Below are positions 1 through 12,291 of a stretch of 64,000 bases of DNA, one piece after another. Under the pieces are notes generated by a model. That model saw nothing but the letters and a program-made list of their open reading frames with translations. It did no database searches and was not told the origin of the DNA. A program made the position numbers and the translations under genes. The number at the start of each line of letters is the position of its first letter. Position 1 is the first letter of the stretch. The stretch comes from Porticoccaceae bacterium (GTDB lineage: Bacteria; Pseudomonadota; Gammaproteobacteria; Pseudomonadales; GM7GCV1): positions 6,535-70,534 of the forward strand of contig JAYQPQ010000002.1 in NCBI GenBank assembly GCA_038145405.1, written 5' to 3'.

Positions 1-525
1 GAGAATGCGCGAGCCCTGCTTCAGGTTGTTAACCGCACCGCGAATGTTGGCGCGCACGGCGTGCTTCACCAGCGCTTCGTGGTCGTGCTTGAGATCGGTT
101 TCGGCCAGGGTGACGACAAAGGGGCGAATACGATCGACGATAGACGGCAGATTTTGCGAACGCATGGGCTGGTCGCTTTCGAGGGATTCGATGGTAGCCA
201 GAATGGCTCCACACATGGAATGTCCCAACACCACCACCAGCCGGGTACCAAAGCGCTCGGCAGCGAACTCCACGCTGCCGATTTGAGAGGGCGCAACGAT
301 ATTGCCGGCTACGCGAATTACAAAGAGATCGCCCAGTCCCTGGTCGAAGACGATCTCGGCCGGTACGCGCGAGTCGGAACAACCCAGAATGATGGCGGTA
401 GGTTCCTGCGCCACGACCAGCTCGTTGCGGCGGGCGACGCAGTCCTCATCCGAATTTTTCAGACTCTGAACGAAGCGGCGGTTGCCTTCCTGCAAACGTT
501 GCAGCGCCTCTTGGGCAGAAATCAT
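1..525 (-). CDS. beta-class carbonic anhydrase (C-terminus beyond window edge)
   Basis: My own translation of the minus strand from ATG at 525; it is absent from the ORF track because it runs off the window. Sequence: MISAQEALQRLQEGNRRF...ILGCSDSRVPAEIVFDQGLGDLFVIRVAGN...VVLGHSMCGAI. It has the CxDxR and HxxC zinc-ligand motifs of beta-carbonic anhydrases. A GAGAGGAAG Shine-Dalgarno lies about 5 nt upstream. Confidence 0.85.
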   Translation of the reverse strand, partial: MISAQEALQRLQEGNRRFVQSLKNSDEDCVARRNELVVAQEPTAIILGCSDSRVPAEIVFDQGLGDLFVIRVAGNIVAPSQIGSVEFAAERFGTRLVVVLGHSMCGAILATIESLESDQPMRSQNLPSIVDRIRPFVVTLAETDLKHDHEALVKHAVRANIRGAVNNLKQGSRIL

Positions 526-565
526 GCTTTCTTCCTCTCGCCGGGTCGGATTGATAGTTTGGCTG

Positions 566-1798
566 CTAGCTTAGCAGCGCAACAAGCTGAAATACCAAAA
601 GAGTCACACAAAGCAGCACACCCAGTCCGGGTGCCGAGGGCAGCCAGGGTACCGACTTCATGCGTCCGGCGCGAACCAGCCGCCACAACGAAAGGTTCAC
701 CAGCACGAAAATGAAAAGCACCACCAGGCTGGTCAGCTTGGCCAGAGTAACCAGCGGCAGTGCCAGGGCAAAGACCCAGACCAGCAGCGCGGCAACCAGG
801 GTTGCGAGCCAGGGGGTGCGAGTGCGCGACGAGACCAGAGCAAAGGCGCGCGGCGCGTGCTGACGCAAGGCCATACCGTAAAGCATGCGCGAGGCCATGA
901 TGATTTGAATCAGAATGCCGTTGATGACGGCAAAGAGGCTGATCCATACCAGCGCTTGTGCCGCCTGCGGATGCTGCTCGACCAGCAGGTCGCGCAACGG
1001 GGCGCCGCTTGCCCCGAGTTGGGCGGGACTGAGGGTCAAAACTGCCACCACAGCCACCAGCAGGTAGAGCAGTGTGGCGCAGCCCATGGCCAGCATGATG
1101 GCGACTGGCATGGTGCGTTCAGGCACCCGGACTTCCTCGACGATGTTGACCATGTCTTCAAAGCCGAGGAAGGCGTAGAAAGCCAGCAGCGCACCGGCGG
1201 CCACGCCCAGGCCGTGACTCCAGGAGGACAGCACCAGCAGATCGCTCCAGCGATCGGGAATTACGGCAAGACTCTCCCCGGTCAGCAGAATTACGATGAG
1301 CAGACCGCCGATCTCAATCAGGGTAATAAGTGCTGCAACCCAGAGGGATTCCGCGATACCCCAGAGGGCGAGAGCAGTCATGGCCCCCACCACCAGACTG
1401 ATGACCAGTGCATCCGGCAGATCAACCAATACCTGCAGGTAACCGACAAATCCATTGGCCAGCGTTGCCGCCGATACGATGCCGGTCAGGATCACCAGGT
1501 GCCCCGTAAAGGCACTTAGCCAGGCCCGCTTCAGGCCCTCGTGCACAAAAAGTGCCGCACCCGAGCTGTGCGGAAAGGCGACCACCAGCTGGCAGTAGCT
1601 CAGTGCCGTCACCAGGGCTACCAGCCCAGCCAAAAGAAAGGACAGGGGTGCCGCCATGCCCGCCGCGCCGGCCACCTGGCCTACCAGCACATAAATGCCT
1701 GCACCCAGAATGGTTCCCAGTCCATAGAAGGTCAGCAGCGGAAGGCCAATGCGGCGAGCCAGTGTGGCTCGCGGTGTTTCGTTAGGGATTGCCGTCAT
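566..1798 (-). CDS. APC-family amino acid permease
   Basis: Polytopic hydrophobic protein. The N-terminal LTFYGLGTILGAGIYVLVG region is typical of amino acid-polyamine-organocation permeases. The ORF-track start (TTG 1936) abuts the upstream terminator, so ATG 1798 (MTAIPNETP...) is preferred. Confidence 0.8.
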   Translation of the reverse strand: MTAIPNETPRATLARRIGLPLLTFYGLGTILGAGIYVLVGQVAGAAGMAAPLSFLLAGLVALVTALSYCQLVVAFPHSSGAALFVHEGLKRAWLSAFTGHLVILTGIVSAATLANGFVGYLQVLVDLPDALVISLVVGAMTALALWGIAESLWVAALITLIEIGGLLIVILLTGESLAVIPDRWSDLLVLSSWSHGLGVAAGALLAFYAFLGFEDMVNIVEEVRVPERTMPVAIMLAMGCATLLYLLVAVVAVLTLSPAQLGASGAPLRDLLVEQHPQAAQALVWISLFAVINGILIQIIMASRMLYGMALRQHAPRAFALVSSRTRTPWLATLVAALLVWVFALALPLVTLAKLTSLVVLFIFVLVNLSLWRLVRAGRMKSVPWLPSAPGLGVLLCVTLLVFQLVALLS

Positions 1799-1938
1799 GG
1801 CGATTCGGGAAGCCTGATGCGCGGCATGGTAAAGATCGCAGACCTCTGCTGGTTGATTTCCGGCCGACTGTAACAAACTCTGCGTCTTTGCAGAGCCACC
1901 GGACGAACCGCCAGCGAAATGCTCGCAGCTGGGCAAAG

Positions 1939-1964
1939 AAAAACCCCGCCAGCGGCGGGTTTTT
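1939..1964. terminator. bidirectional rho-independent terminator
   Basis: A-run, CCCGCC-agc-GGCGGG hairpin, then T-run (gaaaaaCCCCGCCagcGGCGGGttttt). It lies between the 1982..2539 gene and the permease. Confidence 0.6.
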
Positions 1965-1981
1965 GGTTCAGTGGAGTTTCG

Positions 1982-2539
1982 CTAAGGCGCCCATTTAATG
2001 AACTGGCGGAATTTCTTCTCGCCGATGATCGCCCACTGGTCGGAGCTTTGCTCGGAGCCGGCGGCTCGAACCTTCTGCAAGTGCCGACTCACTACCGACT
2101 GCATAATGGGCTCCTCGCCGGGCGAGCAGTCCACCTGCATGATGTGATTGCCGTTATCCAGAGCGCTCTGAAACCGGCGGAACTTGCGGTTGGGAATTTG
2201 GGTGCCGATAAATCCGGCTTCCCAGGTAGAAAACCCAATCAACACCAGGGCCAGGAAGATAAAGGGCGCCCAACCGATGTAGTCGTGCAGGCCCATCAGG
2301 TAGGCGACGAAGAGGCAAATGCTGGCAAAAATCACACCGAACACAACCCCGATATAGGTGGAATGCATGACATCGGTCTTGAACCAGCTATAGACCTGAT
2401 TGAGGTTGTGTTGATCAACCTCGTCATCCGCGTTGCTTAGTACATGGATTTGGCCCCTGGAAATGCCACGCTCTTCCAACTCACGCTCCAGTGCCTCGAA
2501 CTCATCCAGATCATCACTAATATAGAAATACCGCTTCAT
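1982..2539 (-). CDS. conserved membrane protein of unknown function (soluble N-domain plus 2-3 TM helices)
   Basis: 185-aa ORF with AGAGGGG Shine-Dalgarno about 9 nt upstream of the ATG. Acidic N-terminal domain (MKRYFYISDDLDEFEALERELEERGI) followed by hydrophobic helices. Followed by a terminator. Confidence 0.7.
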   Translation of the reverse strand: MKRYFYISDDLDEFEALERELEERGISRGQIHVLSNADDEVDQHNLNQVYSWFKTDVMHSTYIGVVFGVIFASICLFVAYLMGLHDYIGWAPFIFLALVLIGFSTWEAGFIGTQIPNRKFRRFQSALDNGNHIMQVDCSPGEEPIMQSVVSRHLQKVRAAGSEQSSDQWAIIGEKKFRQFIKWAP

Positions 2540-3057
2540 ACGTAGCGCCCCTCTATTTTTTAGTCGTTGGCGGGAATTAGGTTACTCCTGTCTTCCACAG
2601 AGTTCTAGAACCCTGCCAAGTCGTCGCCCCAGACACCCGATAGCCAGGGTGATGTGTGCGGTCGCACCACCGTCCCCACATCTCGAAAATTAGCCAACGA
2701 ACAGCTGCAACTCCATATAATATGCAAGGTTAATTGGTAGTGTGCACTAACAAAATTCATCGCAACGGATGCGCCGGATTCAGCAATTCTATCGGCAGTT
2801 GCCTTGCGGCCGTTGCTCCGGCGGGCGCCGGGCGTCTGCCGCCTCGCCCGGAAAAAGCCCGTTAATCGGCTTGGCTCAGGGTGCAACTACTTGATTTGTA
2901 CAGCGAAATCTGGAGGATATGCACCTCTCAATTCCGCGCCGGCGGCCCGACTGGGTCGTTAACCCGAAATTCGTAGTGTGCAGAGCGACTTGATCTTCGC
3001 AAGCCAAGTCGCCTTCCCGCTTTTTTTCCGGCTCCGGCAGAGGATGCAAACCAGGAG

Positions 3058-3564
3058 ATGCATGTGGAAAAGGTTCGAGTTGCCGTCGTCATGGGTTCCC
3101 GCTCTGATTGGGACACCATGAAGGCTGCCTGCGAAATGCTGGAGCTGTTTGGCGTGGCCCACGAGGTCGAGGTGGTCTCGGCGCACCGCACACCCAACAA
3201 GCTGATGAACTTTGCCAATGCCGCCGCCGGGCGGGGCATCCAGGTGATCATTGCCGGCGCGGGCGGCGCCGCCCATTTGCCGGGCATGATCGCCGCCTGC
3301 ACCCCGCTCCCAGTGCTGGGAGTTCCCGTTGAAAGCAAGGCCCTGAAAGGGCTCGATAGCCTGCTGTCCATCGCCCAGATGCCGCGCGGGGTGGCTGTCG
3401 GCACTCTGGCCATCGGCGCCAGTGGCGCCGCCAATGCCGGATTGCTGGCTACCCAGATACTGGCCCTGTCAGATGCCAAACTGGCCGAACGTGTGGCGGA
3501 GTTCCGCCAGCAGCAGACTGATCAGGTGCTGGCCAACCCGGATCCGCGTTTGCCTGCCGCATGA
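3058..3564 (+). CDS. purE: N5-carboxyaminoimidazole ribonucleotide mutase
   Basis: [11 protein letters not shown]...VSAHRTP...[14 protein letters not shown]...PVLGVPV motifs typical of PurE. AGGAG directly abuts ATG 3058, so in-frame GTG 3064 may be the true start. Confidence 0.95.
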   Translation: MHVEKVRVAVVMGSRSDWDTMKAACEMLELFGVAHEVEVVSAHRTPNKLMNFANAAAGRGIQVIIAGAGGAAHLPGMIAACTPLPVLGVPVESKALKGLDSLLSIAQMPRGVAVGTLAIGASGAANAGLLATQILALSDAKLAERVAEFRQQQTDQVLANPDPRLPAA

Positions 3565-4673
3565 AGCAAGCAGTCCTGCTGCTGGGAGGCGGGCAGCTCG
3601 GCCTGATGATGGCGGAAGCCGGTGCCCAACTGGCGCTGCATGTGGATCGCCTCGATCTGGCGCAGGAGCAAATCATTCCGGGCACCTCCGGTCTTCGCCT
3701 GCAAACAAGCCTGGCTCAGATACTGCAACAGTACCCGGTCATCAGTGCTGAATTGGAACACTTGCCCGACACGCCCCTGGTGCAGGAACTGATTCGCTCA
3801 CCCAACTGGGCCAACCCCGCCGCCTTTCAACACACCGCCGACCGCTTTAGCGAAAAAACCTTGCTGGACCGGCTGGGTATAGCCACCGCACCCTGGTGTT
3901 TGATTGCCCAGCCCGCCGATTTGCAGCGGGCACTTGCCGACATCGCCGATGAATTGGTGGTGAAGGTGATACGCGGTGGCTATGACGGTCGCGGTCAGTG
4001 GATGGTCGACACATCGAGGCTGGATCAGGTGCCCGCTGAATTGATGGGGCAGATCATCGCCGAACAGAAAATTACTTTCCGTCGCGAAGTCTCCCTGGTT
4101 GGCGCGCGGTCGCGCGATGGCAAGAAAATCTACCTACCCCTGGTAGAGAACCTGCACGACCAGGGCATTCTGCGATACAGCATCGCCCGCTGCACCAACG
4201 ACGCCAGCCTGCAGGCGTCGGCCGAAGCCATGCTCGGCGCGATCCTTGACGAGCTCAAGTATATCGGCGTGATGGCGATGGAGTGCTTTGAGACCGACCA
4301 GGGTCTGCTGGTCAATGAGTTGGCTCCGCGGGTGCACAACTCCGGGCACTGGAGCCAGCTGGGTGCCGAGCACGACCAGTTTGCCCTGCACCTGCGTGCT
4401 CTGGTGGATCTGCCGCTGCCCCGCCAGCAGATTTATCAGCCAACGCTGATGTTGAATCTGATCGGCTGTGAATTCCAGCCCGGCTGGCTGGAGATTACCG
4501 GTCTGCAATGTCACTGGTACGGCAAGGAACCACGACCTGGGCGCAAGGTGGGTCATATCAATATCAGTCTGGCCGATGCGGCCATCGCACAGGCCTGCAT
4601 GACCAGCCTCGACAGCCTGCTCGATGCAACTCATCGGGAGATGCTCGGCCGCGCGCGCCGCCAGCTTTTCTAA
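3561..4673 (+). CDS. purK: N5-carboxyaminoimidazole ribonucleotide synthase (ATP-grasp)
   Basis: 370-aa ATP-grasp protein ([11 protein letters not shown]..., [12 protein letters not shown]) with ATGA overlap on the purE stop. Classical purEK pair. Confidence 0.93.
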   Translation: MKQAVLLLGGGQLGLMMAEAGAQLALHVDRLDLAQEQIIPGTSGLRLQTSLAQILQQYPVISAELEHLPDTPLVQELIRSPNWANPAAFQHTADRFSEKTLLDRLGIATAPWCLIAQPADLQRALADIADELVVKVIRGGYDGRGQWMVDTSRLDQVPAELMGQIIAEQKITFRREVSLVGARSRDGKKIYLPLVENLHDQGILRYSIARCTNDASLQASAEAMLGAILDELKYIGVMAMECFETDQGLLVNELAPRVHNSGHWSQLGAEHDQFALHLRALVDLPLPRQQIYQPTLMLNLIGCEFQPGWLEITGLQCHWYGKEPRPGRKVGHINISLADAAIAQACMTSLDSLLDATHREMLGRARRQLF

Positions 4674-5239
4674 GCAGAGAGCTTGCGGTAGTTTTTGGAA
4701 AATTGGCCGCTGAGAAATTCCATCTGATCGGCGAGTATGCGCTTGCTGTTCACCAACGCCAGATACTCGGCCAAATTGGGACGATAGGGCAGCGCCAGCA
4801 GTTCGAGGCCGCATTCGTCGACACTGCGGTGTCCCTTGTGCTGATTGCAGCGTCGACAGGCCGCCACCACGTTCATCCAACTGTCCTTACCGCCGCGCGA
4901 TTTGGGCACGATGTGGTCGCGTGTCAGCTGGTGCTCGGCAAAAGGCTTGCCACAGTACATGCAGAAATAGCCGTCGCGTGCGAAGAGCGTGCGGTTGGTC
5001 AGGGGATAGGTACTGCGCGGCTTGATCAGCTTGTCGCCGGCACTGGCGATGATGCTAGGCACATCGACCACCGACTGTAGCCCAGTGCGGCGACACCAGC
5101 CGCCGCGCACGGTGCGCACCAGATCGCCGATGCTCCAGACCACGGCATCGCGCGAAAAGAGCACCACGGCCTCCTGCCAGTTGAGCCATTCCAGCGGCTG
5201 TCCGGAAGCATTGAGTCGAAGGATGCGGGGATCAGACAT
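4670..5239 (-). CDS. HNH endonuclease family protein
   Basis: CMYCGKPFAEHQLTRDHIVPKSRGG...NVVAACRRCNQHKG is an HNH motif with CxxC...CxxC. Its stop overlaps the purK stop on the opposite strand. Confidence 0.8.
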   Translation of the reverse strand: MSDPRILRLNASGQPLEWLNWQEAVVLFSRDAVVWSIGDLVRTVRGGWCRRTGLQSVVDVPSIIASAGDKLIKPRSTYPLTNRTLFARDGYFCMYCGKPFAEHQLTRDHIVPKSRGGKDSWMNVVAACRRCNQHKGHRSVDECGLELLALPYRPNLAEYLALVNSKRILADQMEFLSGQFSKNYRKLSA

Positions 5240-5547
5240 GGCCGCACTCCGGCCGGATGTGCAATAGCAGACGCAGAGGCGGCGCAGAGAGGCAGAAATC
5301 GGCGGCGGGCAGGTTCCTGTGAATGCCTCGGTCGCGGCATCCGTCGGGGAAATTCCTTGATCGGATCAGATAATGGAAAGCCAGGCTCCTCATACCAGGA
5401 CAGCAAAATTCTAAGTCAACGGCCCGCCCTGTCAACAGGCGCACGCTGCTCATGGCATAGCCGGGGCAATCCGCCTGAATATTTCCATTGACCCTTGCCA
5501 ACGCCTCGTTTAGGGTTGCGAACTCTCCGAAACCGAGCGGATTTGCC

Positions 5548-5784
5548 ATGGCCGAAAAGCCCAAAACCCTTGATTTTGAAAAGCAATTGAAAGAACTCGA
5601 ATCACTGGTGTCCAGCCTGGAATCCGGGGAACTGAGTCTCGATCAGGCGCTGCAAGCCTATGAAAAAGGTATCGCGCTAACGCGTGAATGCCAGGCAGCG
5701 CTCGAGCAGGCCCAGCAGCGCATTCAGGTGGTCAGTGAGCGCCACGGAGAGATCACCAGCGAGCCGCTCGATACCAGCGAATGA
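5548..5784 (+). CDS. xseB: exodeoxyribonuclease VII small subunit
   Basis: MAEKPKTLDFEKQLKELESLVSSLESGELSLDQALQAYEKGIAL is a typical XseB sequence. Upstream of ispA-dxs as in many gammaproteobacteria. The ORF-track start at 5488 is probably over-extended. Confidence 0.9.
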   Translation: MAEKPKTLDFEKQLKELESLVSSLESGELSLDQALQAYEKGIALTRECQAALEQAQQRIQVVSERHGEITSEPLDTSE

Positions 5785-6671
5785 GTGCCCTGCCTGCTTT
5801 CAGCGCCGAGGTGTGCCAGCAGGTTGATGCCCGGCTGGATAGCTTTCTTGGTGCCACCCAGCCCGAAACCGAGGGTCTGATAAAGGCTATGCGCTATGCC
5901 GTGCTGAATGGTGGCAAGCGCCTGCGCCCGGTGCTGGTGTTTGCCGCTGCAACCACCTGCGGCAAAACCTCGGCAGCCACTCTGAACTGTGCCTGCGCCG
6001 TGGAGCTGATCCACGCCTATTCGCTGGTGCACGACGACTTGCCAGCGATGGACAACGACGATCTGCGTCGCGGTCAGCCAACCTTGCATATCGCCTTTGA
6101 CGAAGCCACTGCCATTCTGGCCGGGGACGCCCTGCAGACGGCTGCATTTGAACTCCTGGCTCAAGCCGACTTTGCTACCCTGGACCAGGCTGGCGCCTGC
6201 TTCGAGGAGCTGGCGCGCGCCAGCGGTGCTCAGGGCATGGCCGGCGGCCAATACATCGACCTGCGCGCGGTGGGAACGCAACTGTCCGTGCCGCAACTGG
6301 AAACCATGCACCGCCTTAAGACCGGCGCCCTGATCGCTGCCTCGGTGCGCCTCGGCGTCCTAACCGCCGGCCTGGAACGCAGCTCCGCAGCTTTCACCAA
6401 GGCCAGCGAATTTGGCAAACTGCTGGGTCTGGCGTTTCAAATCAAGGACGATCTGCTCGATGCCACCGGCACCACCGAAACAATCGGCAAGCGCTCCGGT
6501 GCCGATGCCACCCTGAACAAGCCCAATTTTGTCAGCCTGCTCGGAGTTGAGGGTGCACAAACTGAACTCCAGCGCACCAGCCAGCAGGCGCTGGAAATAG
6601 CCCATCAACTGGGTAGCGAAGCCAACCTGCTCACCGAGCTGGTGCACTTCGTTGCCAACCGGAAGCTCTAG
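5781..6671 (+). CDS. ispA: farnesyl diphosphate synthase
   Basis: Two aspartate-rich motifs (LVHDDLPAMDNDDLRRG and FQIKDDLLD). ATGA overlap with xseB. Confidence 0.93.
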   Translation: MSALPAFSAEVCQQVDARLDSFLGATQPETEGLIKAMRYAVLNGGKRLRPVLVFAAATTCGKTSAATLNCACAVELIHAYSLVHDDLPAMDNDDLRRGQPTLHIAFDEATAILAGDALQTAAFELLAQADFATLDQAGACFEELARASGAQGMAGGQYIDLRAVGTQLSVPQLETMHRLKTGALIAASVRLGVLTAGLERSSAAFTKASEFGKLLGLAFQIKDDLLDATGTTETIGKRSGADATLNKPNFVSLLGVEGAQTELQRTSQQALEIAHQLGSEANLLTELVHFVANRKL

Positions 6672-6677
6672 TTTTTC

Positions 6678-8567
6678 ATGCAGACATTCGATCAGATTCC
6701 CTCCACTCGCCCGGAAACGCTACTGCTGGACCGCCTCGAAAGCCCGGCCGATCTGCGTCAATTGAGCGAGGCCGAATTGCCGTTGCTGGCGGATGAACTG
6801 CGCGCCTTCCTGCTCTGGGTCGTCGGCCAAACCGGCGGCCACTTCGGCGCCGGGCTGGGTGTAGTCGAGCTGACCATCGCCCTGCATTTTGTCTTTGCCA
6901 CGCCCGACGACCGCCTGGTCTGGGATGTCGGCCACCAGGCCTATCCGCACAAGATACTCACCAGCCGCCGCGAAGCCATGCTGTCGCTGCGTCAGCGCGG
7001 CGGACTGGCCGGGTTCCCCAAGCGTGGCGAAAGCGAATACGACACCTTCGGCGTCGGCCACAGCAGTACCTCGATCAGCGCGGCTCTGGGCATGGCGCTG
7101 GCGGCGCGGCAACTGGGCGTTGCGCGCAAGCACGTGGCGGTCATCGGCGATGGCGCCATGACGGCCGGTATGGCCTTCGAGGCACTGAACCACACCGCAG
7201 GCAGCGCGGCCGACTTGCTGGTGGTGCTGAATGACAACCGCATGTCGATTTCCGAGAACGTCGGTGCGCTCTCAACCTATTTCTCGCGCATCTGGGCCAG
7301 CAAGCTCTACAACCAGATTCGGCGCGAGGGGCAAAAGGTGCTGTCGCGAATTCCGCCGGCATCCGAGTTTGTCCGCCGAACCGAAGAGCACATGAAGGGC
7401 ATGGTGTCGCCGGGGACTCTGTTTGAGGAAATGGGCTTCAATTACATCGGTCCCATCGACGGCCACAATCTCGAATTGCTGGTCGATACCCTAACCAATT
7501 TGCGCACCCTGTCCGAACCGGTGCTGTTGCACGTCATTACGCAGAAGGGTCGCGGCTACGCCCCAGCCGAGGCGGATCCCATCAGCTACCACTCCCTGAG
7601 CAAGCTCGAGCCACCCTCCACCGATAGCAACGGCCTGGCCAAACCCAAGGCGCCCAAATATCAGGACGTTTTTGGCGACTGGCTATGCGACATGGCGGCC
7701 CAGGATCAGCGTTTGCTCGGTATCACGCCTGCCATGCGCGAAGGCTCCGGCATGGTGGAATTTTCGCGCCGCTTTCCCGAGCGCTACCAGGACGTTGCGA
7801 TTGCCGAACAGCATGCCGTCACACTGGCAGCCGGCGCCGCTTGCGACGGCCTCAAGCCGGTTGTGGCAATTTACTCCAGCTTTTTGCAGCGCGCCTATGA
7901 CCAGCTGATCCACGACGTCGCCCTGCAGAACCTGGATGTGCTCTTTGCCCTGGATCGCGCTGGCCTGGTCGGCGAAGACGGGCCGACGCACGCCGGCGCC
8001 TTCGATCTGAGCTACCTGCGCTGTATTCCCAATTTGCTGGTGATGGCGCCATCGGACGAAAACGAAACGCGCCGTTTGCTCAGCACCGGATTCCTGCACG
8101 CTGGCCCAGCTGCGGTGCGCTACCCGCGTGGTGGCGGCACCGGCGTCGCCATTGAACCCGGGTTGGAACCGCTACCCATCGGCAAGGGCGTTCTGCGCCG
8201 CCAAGGCAAGGGACTGGCGCTGCTATGTTTTGGCGTAACGGTGCAGGCCGGCCTGAATGTGGCCGAGCAACTGGACGCCAGCCTGGCCGATATGCGCTTC
8301 GTAAAACCGCTCGACACCGAGTTGATCGGTCAGCTGGCCAGTCACCATACCGCCCTGGTCACCATCGAGGAAAACGCGGTAGCCGGCGGCGCCGGCTCAG
8401 CGGTCAATGAGTGGCTCGCGAGCCAGGGTATCCAGTTGTCTGTGCTCAACCTGGGCCTGCCCGACTACTTTATCGACCACGGCACCCGCGGCGAGGTGCT
8501 GGCCGAAGCTGGCCTGGACGCCGCCTCCCTGCATCAGCGCATTAGCCGCTGGCACAAGCCCGGCTAA
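6678..8567 (+). CDS. dxs: 1-deoxy-D-xylulose-5-phosphate synthase
   Basis: 629 aa with [29 protein letters not shown] and [16 protein letters not shown] thiamine-diphosphate motifs. Completes the xseB-ispA-dxs operon. Confidence 0.97.
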   Translation: MQTFDQIPSTRPETLLLDRLESPADLRQLSEAELPLLADELRAFLLWVVGQTGGHFGAGLGVVELTIALHFVFATPDDRLVWDVGHQAYPHKILTSRREAMLSLRQRGGLAGFPKRGESEYDTFGVGHSSTSISAALGMALAARQLGVARKHVAVIGDGAMTAGMAFEALNHTAGSAADLLVVLNDNRMSISENVGALSTYFSRIWASKLYNQIRREGQKVLSRIPPASEFVRRTEEHMKGMVSPGTLFEEMGFNYIGPIDGHNLELLVDTLTNLRTLSEPVLLHVITQKGRGYAPAEADPISYHSLSKLEPPSTDSNGLAKPKAPKYQDVFGDWLCDMAAQDQRLLGITPAMREGSGMVEFSRRFPERYQDVAIAEQHAVTLAAGAACDGLKPVVAIYSSFLQRAYDQLIHDVALQNLDVLFALDRAGLVGEDGPTHAGAFDLSYLRCIPNLLVMAPSDENETRRLLSTGFLHAGPAAVRYPRGGGTGVAIEPGLEPLPIGKGVLRRQGKGLALLCFGVTVQAGLNVAEQLDASLADMRFVKPLDTELIGQLASHHTALVTIEENAVAGGAGSAVNEWLASQGIQLSVLNLGLPDYFIDHGTRGEVLAEAGLDAASLHQRISRWHKPG

Positions 8568-8686
8568 CCATCCAGTGAGGGTGGCTGGACATGCCCACCC
8601 GTTACTTTATGATGATTGCATAGTGCTCAAGGCATTATCGAAGTAGAAGCACTGCAATAAAAATCATTTCTCTTAGAGGGTTTTGC

Positions 8687-10669
<1,983 letters not shown>

Positions 10670-10684
10670 TCTTCGCACCGGCAC

Positions 10685-10712
10685 AAAAAAGGCACCCTCG
10701 GGTGCCTTTTTT
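10685..10712. terminator. bidirectional rho-independent terminator (hppA / cysE)
   Basis: aaaaaaGGCACCCtcgGGGTGCCttttt: a perfect 7-bp stem flanked by an A-run and a T-run, between convergent genes. Confidence 0.8.
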
Positions 10713-10730
10713 CTTTTCCTCTGCTGTCCT

Positions 10731-11525
10731 CTAGCGACTGATGTCCTGATCCATATCCAGGGCCGGCGATTCCGCTAACGGATGACCGATCACCTTCGCT
10801 GGAACACCCGCTACGGTGGTGTGCGGTGCCACGGGTTCGAGGACCAGGCTGCCGGCGCCAACCTTGGCACCCTCGCCGACTTCGATGTTGCCGAGAATCT
10901 TGGCCCCTGCACCGATCAGCACGCCGCGACGAATCTTGGGATGGCGATCGCCGCATTCCTTGCCCGTGCCTCCCAGGGTGACGCCGTGCAGCATGGAAAC
11001 GTCGTCCTCGACCACGGCAGTCTCTCCGATCACCACGCCGGTGGCGTGATCGATCATGACACCCTTACCAATTTTGGCCGCCGGATGGATATCCACATCG
11101 TAGACCTGCGAAGCGCGCGCCTGCAGATAGAGGGCGAGGGCGGTACGGCCCTGCTGCCACAACCAGTTGGCAAATCGATATACCTGCAGGGCGTGATAGC
11201 CCTTGAAGTAAAGAAAGGCCGTCAGGTAACCCAGAGTCGCCGGATCGCGGTCCACGTGGGCCTGCAGATCCCGCATGGCGGCATCCAGAATACCGGGCTG
11301 GCTGCGGCTGGCCTCGGCAAAAGCCTGGTTGATCAGATCGGCGGGGACCTGCGAGGTCGCCAGCTGCGCACTGAGAACGCAGCGCACTGAGGCACCAAAA
11401 TCCGTGTGACGGGTCACACAGCCGGTAATGTAGTTGGCCAGTGCGGGTTCATCAGCCGCGACCTGTTGGGCTTCGCGAAAAAGCTGATCCCAAATGCCGT
11501 CCAGTTGTTCAGCCGGGAGTGCCAT
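10731..11525 (-). CDS. cysE: serine O-acetyltransferase
   Basis: N-terminal SATase helical domain followed by hexapeptide repeats (DIHPAAKIGKGVMIDHATGVVIGETAVV...GVLIGAGAKILGNIEVGEGAKVGAGSLV). Confidence 0.93.
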   Translation of the reverse strand: MALPAEQLDGIWDQLFREAQQVAADEPALANYITGCVTRHTDFGASVRCVLSAQLATSQVPADLINQAFAEASRSQPGILDAAMRDLQAHVDRDPATLGYLTAFLYFKGYHALQVYRFANWLWQQGRTALALYLQARASQVYDVDIHPAAKIGKGVMIDHATGVVIGETAVVEDDVSMLHGVTLGGTGKECGDRHPKIRRGVLIGAGAKILGNIEVGEGAKVGAGSLVLEPVAPHTTVAGVPAKVIGHPLAESPALDMDQDISR

Positions 11526-11557
11526 GGTTGACCCCGATGTCGAAAGCAGGCGCTATG

Positions 11558-12229
11558 TTAGGGGATTTGGATATAGCGCTCAAAAATTTCATCGAGATGG
11601 TCGAGAATCAGCGGCTTCAGCGCGATCTCAACCGATGCCAATACCGACCGCAGCTGGGCCGGCGAAATTTGCGCGGCAAAGCGGTCGGCCAAGGGCCGGT
11701 AACTGATATGCCAGGGCTCCGGCGCAATGCCGCCCCGATCGGCCTGATAGGGCTGAAAAAAGTCAAAGTGCTGCAGATGGCGGTCCATCCATTGGGCCAA
11801 AGCGGCAAAGGGTCCGCCGGGCAGATACTCTGCCGTATCCAGCTGCGGTCGCTCGCCCTCGGCCAAGCCGCGCACATCATACACATCCATGTCGGTACCC
11901 CAGTGATGCCGCGATGCACCGGGCAGCGCCGACCAGCGCAGAATGGCGTGCAGCAGCTCCGCTTCGCTCAGCTGCCCGATGTCCAATGGCCGGCCCTGGG
12001 CATCCAGCAACGGGCGGGCGCCGCTGGCTTTGGCGTTCCAGATCATCAATTGGCGTTCAAAGCTGCGGAAGGCGCTGGCCAGGGCCAGCTCGTGGCCCTG
12101 CTCGCGGGCAGCGTCCCGCAATCGCTGCACCTGCGGTGCCACTTCGACATGCAGTTGACCGGCAAATTCGCCCTGGGCAGCCAGGTGCTCGGTGGACTGC
12201 CCACACAGCAGCGAGGTACTGATCGGCAT
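11558..12229 (-). CDS. M15-family zinc peptidase (D-alanyl-D-alanine carboxypeptidase-like)
   Basis: SAFRSFERQ...W and SRHHWGTDMD motifs resemble the VanY/M15B metallopeptidase signature. Confidence 0.75.
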   Translation of the reverse strand: MPISTSLLCGQSTEHLAAQGEFAGQLHVEVAPQVQRLRDAAREQGHELALASAFRSFERQLMIWNAKASGARPLLDAQGRPLDIGQLSEAELLHAILRWSALPGASRHHWGTDMDVYDVRGLAEGERPQLDTAEYLPGGPFAALAQWMDRHLQHFDFFQPYQADRGGIAPEPWHISYRPLADRFAAQISPAQLRSVLASVEIALKPLILDHLDEIFERYIQIP

Positions 12230-12291
12230 CTTGGAACCCTCCTCCCGCTGAAGAGCTTTGCTAGAATGGCCCGCTTTTAGGGACGGGGTTT

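Noticed and set aside
61-714. Long plus-strand ORFs (61..714 and 5..286) overlapping the start of the window
   Set aside because: They are shadow frames of the minus-strand beta-carbonic anhydrase, which has clear family motifs and a Shine-Dalgarno. Their composition is Arg/Gly/His-rich, as expected for antisense frames in GC-rich DNA.
2761-2775. PurR-box-like imperfect palindrome CGCAACGGATGCG upstream of purE
   Set aside because: It is one base shorter than the ACGCAAACGTTTGCGT consensus I recall and mismatches it at several positions. It lies about 290 bp from purE. Whether this organism has PurR is also unknown.
2605-2886. 93-aa minus-strand ORF, and a 41-aa plus-strand ORF from ATG 2769, in the purE upstream gap
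   Set aside because: No ribosome-binding site and an Arg/Ser/Gly-rich, low-complexity translation with no recognisable motif. More likely non-coding.
5232-5564. 110-aa minus-strand ORF in the HNH-xseB intergenic region
   Set aside because: It overlaps the starts of both flanking genes and has no motif or Shine-Dalgarno. The region is better explained as a divergent promoter region.
8579-8600. GGGTGG-N9-CCACCC hairpin after dxs as a terminator
   Set aside because: The stem is short and the downstream sequence (gttactttat) is not a proper U-run. It may still attenuate transcription, but the evidence is too weak to annotate.
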